Shown here piece by piece: positions 1-8,261 of a stretch of DNA of 64,000 nt. Origin of the DNA: an uncultured bacterium. Lineage in GTDB: Bacteria; Zixibacteria; MSB-5A5; GN15; FEB-12. The position numbers were made by a program, and so were the translations under genes. The notes under the pieces were generated by a model. It was not told where the DNA came from, searched no databases, and saw nothing but the letters and a program-made list of their open reading frames with translations. Position 1 is the stretch's first letter, and each line of letters starts with the position of its first letter. Where the stretch lies: assembly GCA_965372795.1 (NCBI GenBank), contig CBDVDR010000003.1, positions 128,495-192,494 on the forward strand, in the 5' to 3' direction.

Positions 1-2267
1 TAACATCGGGCAATCAGATATTTTATATCAGCTTCAATCTCATCATGATTGAGAATATTTTCTAAATGATTGAGGACCTCGGGATGATTGCCAATTCCTG
101 CATAAGCAAGAGCCCGATAAGCGGCGATATGCATATTTTCTGGTTTAGCAATATCATATTTATTAGTTTGTTTTAATACTTCTGTAAAATGAATCGTAGC
201 AGCTGATTGATTTTTGCATAATAATTCAGTTAATCCCAAATAGTATTCAGCAACAAATGGAAAATAACCGGATTCAATAGACAAACTAAATTGAATACGG
301 GCTTCACTATATTCTTTTTTAATTAAATAAATATAGCCAGAATCTATATAACAATTCGGTTCACCTTTATATTTTATGGCAAAGCTCAATTTTTCGAGGG
401 CAATATCAAGAGCGCCAAGTTTCATATAATTTTGTCCCAGTAAATAATATGCTCGTCCGTAATCAGGTCCCAACTCAATAGCTCGTTCAAGGGTTGCCAT
501 TGCAATAGTATATTTTTTTTGATTAATACTAATTAAACCAAGCAGCAAATGAGTTTCCAGATCAACCGGAGCAAGCTTCAACGCTTTTTTTGTCCAGTAA
601 GTTGCATCCTCAAGATTATCCTGTCCTGCTTTTAACCAGCCCAGTGTTCGATAAGCGATAGCGTATTTGGGATTTAGATCAATCGCTTTCATTAGGCTTT
701 CTTCAGCTTTTCCCTGTTCTCCGGTAAACATATAATATCTTGCCAATGAACGATGGGCTTCCGGAAGTTTTTGATTAAGCTCTATCGCTCGAAGTGCTTC
801 TTTATGAGCATTATTGATGCGATCTTCGGAACGATCATAAAATGCCATATACATAAATGTATGAACATCCGCTAAACCGGCATGAGCCAGCGCCAGAGTG
901 GGATCAATCTCAATCGCTTTTGTATACATCTCTATCGCAAATTGTAAATCATCGGGTTTATTGGTTTGGTAATAACTTTTACCTTTTAGATAATAATCAT
1001 AAGCTGTAACATCAGCGGTGAATTCTTCTTCAACATCAAATGCTTCCGAATCAGTCGCTTTCGCAAGATTGATTGATGCGAGTTCAGTTGCTTTAGCCAG
1101 GATTTCAAAAAGATTATCAGCATCATCAGTAAATTTTTCACTCCAAATAATTTCTTCACCATTATTGCCATAAATAGTTAAGCTCAATTTTATTTTTTCT
1201 CTAAATAACATTAATGTGCCAACAATTACAAAATCACTTCTCAATCGCTCAAAGGTTTCTTTAATATTTCTTTGATGTGCCGTTGATGGTTCAGCTGTGA
1301 CAACTAAATCAGTTCGGCGTGATATCTCAGTTATGACATCATCAGTAAACCCCTGACAAAAATAATCAAATTCAGTTTTGTTAGCCAAATTTTTTATTTC
1401 TACAACTGTAACTTTTTGCTTAGGTTTTTCCCACTCAAGATCAACTGCCGGTACGCCTTCTTTGCGACAATTATTTATATACTCAATTAGTTGTTCAGTA
1501 TTTTCAAAACGATCTTCTGTTTTTTTCGCCAGTAGTTTTGAAACCAGAGCATCAATCCATATCGGAAGTTCCTGATTAAGTTTTGATGGTTGAATAGGGT
1601 CTTCATGAAGAATCGAATAAATAATACTCGCGCTATAGGCGCCTTCAAAGGGGCGTTGCTTTGTAAACAGTTCGTAGAGGATTACTCCAAAACTAAACAG
1701 GTCTGATCCGGTTGTCAATAATTCACCCGACACCTGCTCGGGAGAGAGATAGTAAAGAGTACCTTCAATATCACCAAATTCATCAATCTCCGAAGCATCA
1801 ACCGGTTTAGCAATGCCAAAATCAAGGATTTTGGGTTGGACGTCCTCATCTACCAAAATATTTTCAGGTTTTAAATCACGGTGGATTAAGCCAACGGCAT
1901 GAGCGGCCCCGATTCCCTCAGCTATCTTTAGAGCTAAATCTATTTTGATATCTTGATCAAAACTTTCAAGCAGTTCTCTCAATTCCTTCCCTAAAATATA
2001 TTCTAATGCCAGGTATGGGATGCCATCAATTTCAGCATATTCATAAACTTTGACAACATAAGGTGAATCTATTTTGGCTGTAAGTTCGGCTTCGTTGGCA
2101 AGATTTGCACGAAACTCATCGGATTGGGCAAATTCTTCGCTAAGCACTTTAAGGGCAACCACCCGACTGTTAATTGTATCATGGGCTAAAAAGACCTCAC
2201 CCATGCCACCCTTGCCAAGGCTTTTCTGGATTTTATAATGGCCAAATAATGAACCGTTTTCAAGCAT
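1..2267 (-). CDS. Ser/Thr protein kinase with central TolB_N-like domain and C-terminal TPR repeats; 3' end (C-terminus) lies beyond the window start
   Basis: Not in the ORF track because it runs off the edge. My manual reverse-complement translation from ATG at 2267-2265 reads MLENGSLFGHYKIQKSLGKGGMGEVFLA...HRDLKPENIL...DFGIAK...SPEQ. These are the Hanks kinase motifs GxGxxG, VALK, HRDLKPEN and DFG. The frame was checked open at several points down to position 3. The tail is rich in TPR-like A/Y/L repeats. Confidence 0.85.
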   Translation of the reverse strand, partial: MLENGSLFGHYKIQKSLGKGGMGEVFLAHDTINSRVVALKVLSEEFAQSDEFRANLANEAELTAKIDSPYVVKVYEYAEIDGIPYLALEYILGKELRELLESFDQDIKIDLALKIAEGIGAAHAVGLIHRDLKPENILVDEDVQPKILDFGIAKPVDASEIDEFGDIEGTLYYLSPEQVSGELLTTGSDLFSFGVILYELFTKQRPFEGAYSASIIYSILHEDPIQPSKLNQELPIWIDALVSKLLAKKTEDRFENTEQLIEYINNCRKEGVPAVDLEWEKPKQKVTVVEIKNLANKTEFDYFCQGFTDDVITEISRRTDLVVTAEPSTAHQRNIKETFERLRSDFVIVGTLMLFREKIKLSLTIYGNNGEEIIWSEKFTDDADNLFEILAKATELASINLAKATDSEAFDVEEEFTADVTAYDYYLKGKSYYQTNKPDDLQFAIEMYTKAIEIDPTLALAHAGLADVHTFMYMAFYDRSEDRINNAHKEALRAIELNQKLPEAHRSLARYYMFTGEQGKAEESLMKAIDLNPKYAIAYRTLGWLKAGQDNLEDATYWTKKALKLAPVDLETHLLLGLISINQKKYTIAMATLERAIELGPDYGRAYYLLGQNYMKLGALDIALEKLSFAIKYKGEPNCYIDSGYIYLIKKEYSEARIQFSLSIESGYFPFVAEYYLGLTELLCKNQSAATIHFTEVLKQTNKYDIAKPENMHIAAYRALAYAGIGNHPEVLNHLENILNHDEIEADIKYLIARC

Positions 2268-2381
2268 GTATTAAAATAAACAGATTTGGATGAACTTAGC
2301 AATAAAATTAGTTGTTGTAAAAAGAGAAGAAACCATTTAATTGTTATATCGAGTACATTGGTCTATTAAGGGGAATGAATC

Positions 2382-3668
2382 ATGCCAGAGATATCAGATC
2401 AGGAATATAACCGCCTGAAACAGGCAGTCGAAGAATTGACGACTTTAAACAAAATTGCTAATTCAATAAATTTAACAATGACCGTCGATCAAATTTCAAG
2501 TAATATCGTCGAGCATTGTCGAAAGAGAGTTAAAGCGGGGCAGGGAGTAATCTTTCTTTTGGATGATGAAGAAAAAGTGGAAGACCGCTTTAAAACATTT
2601 GTCAGAGATATGGCTCCTAAAAAAAATCAACTCCCCTTTCATCTCAATAATAGTCTTTTGGGATGGATGTTAAAAAACAAAGATATTCTCATTAGCAATA
2701 CGCCCAACAGTGATGATCGGCTGCGAGGTGTCGATTTTGATAAACTTGGAATGGATTCTTTAATTGCCGCTCCTTTATTGTCGCGACGGGGATTGATTGG
2801 CATTCTGGTATTGTATAATAAAACCGGTGGGAATGGATTTGAAGAGCTTGATAAAAGATTTCTTGGAATTGTCGGGACTCAGGTTACAAAGGTAATTGAA
2901 GATGCTCGTCTGATTGATAAAGAACGTAAACTAAATAGCATCGAAAAAGAAATAAAAGTCGCTAAGACTATTCAGGAAGGATTTCTTCCCAAAAACAATA
3001 TTGTTAATGATCAATTTGAAATATATGGTTTTAATATTCCTGCTAAAGAAGTAGGCGGTGATTATTATGATATGATTCCTCTTGATGATAATCGGGTCTT
3101 TGTATCACTTGGTGATATTTCGGGCAAAGGAATGCCGGCAGCCTTGTTGACGGGCAATGCCCAAGCGGTGTTACGTTCACAAATTCATCAATCAAGAGAT
3201 ATTAATCTACCTGAATTAGCTGATTGCTTAAATAATCTTATTTACCAATTTACAAGTTCAGAACAATATATAACGGCTTTATTTGGAATTTTTAACAAAG
3301 CAGAAAATAAACTTTCTTATATAAACGCCGGACACCTTCCACCGACAATTGTTAGGAATAATGGCACGATTGAAAGCCATGACCTTGCGAATTTGGTTAT
3401 CGGAGTAGTGCCGGATGCCCCCTTTAATACCTACGAACTATTTCTCGAAAAGGGAGAGTCAGCTTACATTTTCACAGATGGTATAACCGAAGCTATGAAT
3501 GAAAATGATGAACAATTTGGAGATGATCGGTTTAATGAAATATTAATTAAGAATATTGGTAAAAAGCCTGAACATGTCTGTTCTGAAATCCGTAGAGAAA
3601 TTATTCGGTTTCGAGGAAAAGCTGAACAATCAGATGACATAACTGTCTTAACAATTAAAAATGGTTAA
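2382..3668 (+). CDS. GAF-domain PP2C-type (SpoIIE/RsbU family) serine phosphatase
   Basis: 428-aa ORF. The C-terminal half carries PAKEVGGDYYD, GDISGKGMPAA, TDGITEA and DDITVLT, typical of SpoIIE/RsbU PP2C phosphatases. The N-terminal half looks like a GAF sensor. It is divergent from the kinase at 1-2267. Confidence 0.85.
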   Translation: MPEISDQEYNRLKQAVEELTTLNKIANSINLTMTVDQISSNIVEHCRKRVKAGQGVIFLLDDEEKVEDRFKTFVRDMAPKKNQLPFHLNNSLLGWMLKNKDILISNTPNSDDRLRGVDFDKLGMDSLIAAPLLSRRGLIGILVLYNKTGGNGFEELDKRFLGIVGTQVTKVIEDARLIDKERKLNSIEKEIKVAKTIQEGFLPKNNIVNDQFEIYGFNIPAKEVGGDYYDMIPLDDNRVFVSLGDISGKGMPAALLTGNAQAVLRSQIHQSRDINLPELADCLNNLIYQFTSSEQYITALFGIFNKAENKLSYINAGHLPPTIVRNNGTIESHDLANLVIGVVPDAPFNTYELFLEKGESAYIFTDGITEAMNENDEQFGDDRFNEILIKNIGKKPEHVCSEIRREIIRFRGKAEQSDDITVLTIKNG

Positions 3669-3681
3669 TATTTTAAACTTC

Positions 3682-6411
3682 TTACGGACATACCATAGGT
3701 GGCGCACCGCCATCAAAAACGTATCTCACCAGAAACGCTAAATCAATAATATTAATTTCCCCTTCTGGATCACCATTGACATTACTTGCATCACTACATG
3801 GCGGATGAGGACCGCCCAGGAAAAGATAGTCGACAAGAAATGTTATATCACTCATGTCAAGCACGCCCTGCGTGTCACCATTAACATTGCCAGTAAATCC
3901 AAAGCAACAAACTCCGGTAATATATACCGCAAATGTTCTTGAATAGTCAGACCAACTGTTACCATCGTTATATTTATAGCGCCAATAAAATACAGAATCA
4001 TTTCCAAGTGGAACTTCCGGTTGGTACTCAGGAAGAAGCAAACCAGTTATGTCAAAAATAGGATTTCTGAAATCATAATAACGATCAAGTTGGATTTGGT
4101 ATTCTTCGATATTGGCAATAGTATCAACCTGTCGATCCCATTCAAATAAAGGTCGAGAACGATCAGTAGGCATTCCATTGGGAGGTTGGATTGATGAAAT
4201 TTCTTCAACCGTATAATAAAACACTAAACTATCAACCAATGTCTTTATATTTCCGGAGGCGTTATAATTTAAAAATGAAATTGCCTGCTGTGATCCGTTT
4301 ATTCCTATAGCGATTGACATTGTTCCTTCATCGCTTGCTTCCGGTTCCATATCAGCGACAATAACGTATTCTCCATATTCCAAATTATAATCCATAGTTC
4401 TATCGTCGAGTGATCCATCACTGTCAACATCAAGTTCCTGAAATTCAGAACCGGCAACGGTTTGAATATCCTCGGAAATAATATAGCCATCAGGATTGTA
4501 GACTCTTACGGTTGTCTCGTCAAAGGCGGTAACAGTCATTTGATCAATTAGTATATCGGCACTGTCAGAAGGAGTAGTTGCCACCAACAAATCACCCCCA
4601 TTAAGGGCGCCAGAAATAAAATCAAAATTACCATCCCGATCTAAATCCAAAGATGCCAGAGCATATGTTTGTGAATTACTGGTTTGAAGATCAACATAGC
4701 TTGGTCCTTCAAAATTACCGCTCCCATCTCCAAAATAAATCTCAAGCTTTTGGGTAGTGCCATTGGCAATTATCATTTCCAAATTCCCATCCCGATCAGC
4801 ATCAGCAACAGCCAAATTATAGGCAATCCCATACACTCGAATAGTATCAGATTTTAGCAATGAACCGGTACCATCTCCAAGAGCATAGGTAATCATGCTT
4901 TCATTTGTTGAGTTTGTCAATGGAACCACCTGGGCAAAATCACAATTACCGTCATCATTAAAATCAACAACGATAGAAGCAGGAGTCAAATCAATTTTTG
5001 TATCACCAACAAAAATTGAAACTGATTGTTGAAATCCTCCATTGGTATCGTTGAGTAAGATTTTTGTCGAATCTCCATCTATACCGATAACGTCATCATA
5101 TCCATCATTGTTAAAATCACATGAATTGACCGCTTTAAAATTTGTACCAAGCGAAATTCCGGAATTAAAAACATTTAGATCATTGCCATAACGAATTTGA
5201 TCCGGAGCAATGATCAAATCAACATAAATATCAGAATTAAAATGACCAGTAACGAATGAAGGTGCGTTTAGTTCCAATAGGATATTTGAATATTTACTGG
5301 AAGCATTTAAGTTGGTGATCGGAATTGATTCTATATCAAAATTACGATTTCCAAGATTGTATAGGATATAAATATTATTAAGTGTGACAGCAATTATATC
5401 AACTAAGGTATCAGCATTAACATAACCAACATCTAATGCCGCTTGCTTTATCGCGAGATAACTTATCGGTTGTTCCGGATTTGATTCACCCGTACCAAAG
5501 GCAATAAACAATCCTTCAATTGAATTTCCGGTATAAATTATATCGGTATGGTTGTCACGGTCAAGATCAACCGTTTTAACATAATAAATATCAGCCGAAT
5601 CATTGCCAACAATTTCATATGGCAATATCGAGCTGTCACAATGATGTAATATTTCAATAAAGAAACAATCGTTTGCAGATGAGAAATTAACTGATTCACT
5701 CGGATTACAAGCCGAGTTCGGTTGTTCACCGGCTTCGGGAGCTCTTTCACCTGCATATTTAACGCGTACACTCAAACTTCCATAACTGTAAAGGGTATCA
5801 ATGCCACCAATAGAAAAACAGGCCAATCCGGATTCATCTGTTACAGCAAACAGATTCGGTGATTCTCCGGCATCAAGCCCGCAATCATCAAACCCCGGAG
5901 ATAATTCCAAAGTCCTGCCAGCTAATGGAGCCAATGAGCCGTCTTCGCACTCCTGATATAAGCCGGCACAAAATTCGATTACACTTGATGACGATAGAGT
6001 GTCAGGGCATACCAGTCCATTAAAAGTTGTTTCAAATTGAAGGATGGTTGAGCTGCTATTTAAAAATGTAGAAGTACCTAATCCTGTATTTGGATCAGTT
6101 GCACGAAATTCAATATTTTCAACACTTGAAAGATCATTAGTTAATTTCCAGTCAAGACTGAAACTTCCCTCAGAATCACTAATTACTGATTGACTCTGAT
6201 GAACTGTGCCAGCCTGATTGTCAGAGGTATAGTAAATCTCGTCAATTTGCAAATTTGTTAATTCAGAAAATAATTTGCCTTCGATTAAAATAATATCTCC
6301 GGAGAAATAGCTGTTGCCAATAAGTTTCAAATTAGCAGACATCAATGGAACAGCAAGAAAGACTATTAAAATATTAGACAAAAAAATTCTTAACCCATTT
6401 GGGTTATTCAT
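3682..6411 (-). CDS. Secreted FG-GAP/VCBS-repeat protein with C-terminal type-I dockerin-like module
   Basis: 909 aa with an N-terminal hydrophobic signal (LRIFLSNILIVFLAVPLMSA). It has many D-x-D/N-x-DG-x-x-D loops (DLDRDNHTD, DFNNDGYDD, DADRDGNLE, DLDRDGNFD) typical of FG-GAP beta-propeller blades. The last 69 aa (nt 3685-3891) hold two copies of NVNGD...(I/L)D(I/L)xFLVxY(L/V)F, which is a dockerin duplicated Ca-binding segment. Confidence 0.75.
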   Translation of the reverse strand: MNNPNGLRIFLSNILIVFLAVPLMSANLKLIGNSYFSGDIILIEGKLFSELTNLQIDEIYYTSDNQAGTVHQSQSVISDSEGSFSLDWKLTNDLSSVENIEFRATDPNTGLGTSTFLNSSSTILQFETTFNGLVCPDTLSSSSVIEFCAGLYQECEDGSLAPLAGRTLELSPGFDDCGLDAGESPNLFAVTDESGLACFSIGGIDTLYSYGSLSVRVKYAGERAPEAGEQPNSACNPSESVNFSSANDCFFIEILHHCDSSILPYEIVGNDSADIYYVKTVDLDRDNHTDIIYTGNSIEGLFIAFGTGESNPEQPISYLAIKQAALDVGYVNADTLVDIIAVTLNNIYILYNLGNRNFDIESIPITNLNASSKYSNILLELNAPSFVTGHFNSDIYVDLIIAPDQIRYGNDLNVFNSGISLGTNFKAVNSCDFNNDGYDDVIGIDGDSTKILLNDTNGGFQQSVSIFVGDTKIDLTPASIVVDFNDDGNCDFAQVVPLTNSTNESMITYALGDGTGSLLKSDTIRVYGIAYNLAVADADRDGNLEMIIANGTTQKLEIYFGDGSGNFEGPSYVDLQTSNSQTYALASLDLDRDGNFDFISGALNGGDLLVATTPSDSADILIDQMTVTAFDETTVRVYNPDGYIISEDIQTVAGSEFQELDVDSDGSLDDRTMDYNLEYGEYVIVADMEPEASDEGTMSIAIGINGSQQAISFLNYNASGNIKTLVDSLVFYYTVEEISSIQPPNGMPTDRSRPLFEWDRQVDTIANIEEYQIQLDRYYDFRNPIFDITGLLLPEYQPEVPLGNDSVFYWRYKYNDGNSWSDYSRTFAVYITGVCCFGFTGNVNGDTQGVLDMSDITFLVDYLFLGGPHPPCSDASNVNGDPEGEINIIDLAFLVRYVFDGGAPPMVCP

Positions 6412-6791
6412 ATTTTTTTCCCTTTTGAATCTGTTTTGTTTAAGCTAATAAGTGATACGTAGATAATTATGATCTACGATAATAGAAATTATCAATTTTT
6501 GCAATAATAATATTTTATATGATAATTTGAATCTAATTACGGGATTTTGCTTGCCGGATAATGCTATATATTGTGCATAACTTATTATTTATTATAGAAT
6601 TAGGGCTGAAATACAGGCTCTAATTAATTCCTGTTAACAATTTAATCTTATTTAGTCGGGGATTTAAATTTGGTTCGCCTCTTTGAGTCTGACGGTGTAT
6701 TTAAATTACTTTCAAATGTTTAGTATAATTCTCATATAATATTATTGTAAATTATTTTCCATGCAACCTAAGGCAGTTATTTTCCTAATAA

Positions 6792-6820
6792 TTGACAAGA
6801 TAGTATTTTAATAGTATCAT
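6792..6820 (+). promoter_or_regulatory. Sigma70-like promoter for rubrerythrin (TTGACA-17 nt-TATCAT)
   Basis: TTGACA at 6792-6797, 17-nt spacer, TATCAT at 6815-6820. A GAGAGG Shine-Dalgarno lies about 8 nt before the ATG at 6854. The spacer and -10 contain a direct repeat ATAGTAT(N4)ATAGTAT. Confidence 0.45.
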
Positions 6821-6853
6821 CTCTCATAGATAAATAAATTTTGAGAGGAATAA

Positions 6854-7432
6854 ATGGATAAAAACATTAAAGGCACCCAAACAGAAAAGAATTTGCTGAT
6901 CGCCTTTGCCGGAGAATCTCAGGCAAGAAACAGATATACATATTATGCCGGCGCTGCCAAAAAAGAAGGCTTGGTGCAGATTTCTGAAATATTTGCAGAA
7001 ACGGCCAATCAGGAAAAAGAACATGCCAAAAGATTTTTCAAATTTCTTGATGGCGGTGAGGTACAGATTACCGAAACATTTCCTGCCGGTAAAATTGCAA
7101 CTACCCTTGAAAATTTAAGAGACGCCGCTGCCGGTGAAGAACATGAATGGACCGTGATGTATCCTGATTTTGCAAAAGTAGCCAGAGAAGAGGGCTTTAA
7201 AAAAATTGCAACGGCTTTCGAGGCTATTTCAATTGCAGAAAAGCAGCATGGTAAACGCTACAAAGAACTTGCTGATAACCTTGAAGCTGGAAAAGTTTTT
7301 AAAAGAGATGGCAAAGTTGTTTGGCGATGTAGAAATTGTGGCTATTTGCATGAAGCTCAAGAGGCACCAAATTTATGTATTGCCTGTTTACATCCTCAAG
7401 CACATTTTGAATTATTAGGTGAGAACTGGTAA
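6854..7432 (+). CDS. rbr: Rubrerythrin (diiron four-helix bundle plus C-terminal rubredoxin-like Cys4 domain)
   Basis: 192 aa. N-terminus KGTQTEKNLLIAFAGESQARNRYTYYA, then EKEHAK and E-x-x-H diiron ligand pairs. The C-terminus has CRNCGY...CIACLHP (CxxC...CxxC). Confidence 0.9.
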   Translation: MDKNIKGTQTEKNLLIAFAGESQARNRYTYYAGAAKKEGLVQISEIFAETANQEKEHAKRFFKFLDGGEVQITETFPAGKIATTLENLRDAAAGEEHEWTVMYPDFAKVAREEGFKKIATAFEAISIAEKQHGKRYKELADNLEAGKVFKRDGKVVWRCRNCGYLHEAQEAPNLCIACLHPQAHFELLGENW

Positions 7433-7544
7433 AATAATTTCCCCATCGAATTATATCTTGAATATCAGGGTCACAATGGTTTTACCTGACTGACTCTGAT
7501 GTTGTCTATTATATAAACCCAATAAATATTAAATAAATTAATTA

Positions 7545-8057
7545 TTAAATTGATTCCATGATTGATTCGGCTTGAATCTTCAAAGCTTTATTCATAGCAG
7601 TAAAACCGTTTTTGGTTTTTTCCTCAATACTGCTCCAAAGAGGAAGAACCAGAAAGCCGCTAAAATATTCTCCCTGGGTAAACCTGACTTTGCTATTAGA
7701 TATTGGTTCAATTTTAAAATAATGTTCACCGTCAAAAATCCCGGGTATTAAAATTCGTCCCAGCCAGCGCAATTCTGTGTTTGGGGTTGCGATCAATATT
7801 TCCGGATTAAACTCCATTCCATCTTCACCCGCCGGTTTAATGGTTACCCTTATCTGACTGCCCTCTTTCATTTCCCCAGATATATTAGTTATAAAAGGAT
7901 TCCATTTAGGATATTCATTGAAGTTAATCAAAATATTCCAAACATCTTCTGCAGAAGCATTAATCTCGATTTCACTATGTACCTCTCTTGAAGATGACAC
8001 GCTCAGTAAGAAGAGGGCAAGGATAATAGATGCAACTATGATTATAAATTTTTTCAA
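7545..8057 (-). CDS. SRPBCC (START/polyketide cyclase-like) family protein with N-terminal membrane anchor or signal
   Basis: 170 aa. Hydrophobic N-terminus MKKFIIIVASIILALFLL, then INASAEDVWNILINFNEYPKWNPF, typical of SRPBCC ligand-binding folds. Confidence 0.6.
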   Translation of the reverse strand: MKKFIIIVASIILALFLLSVSSSREVHSEIEINASAEDVWNILINFNEYPKWNPFITNISGEMKEGSQIRVTIKPAGEDGMEFNPEILIATPNTELRWLGRILIPGIFDGEHYFKIEPISNSKVRFTQGEYFSGFLVLPLWSSIEEKTKNGFTAMNKALKIQAESIMESI

Positions 8058-8261
8058 TAGAATTTCCTGACTTATAACCGCGTATAATAATTATTTTTAT
8101 ATATACGGACGGAGACTGTTGATAGTTGATATTTTATATAAATTATTATTGAGGTTTTTTGATGTGAATTAAATAACTTGATATAATTGTGATATTTTCA
8201 TTGATTATGGATTAGAATTGACTATTATATAAAACGATTAACATTTAATTTTGATGAAATA

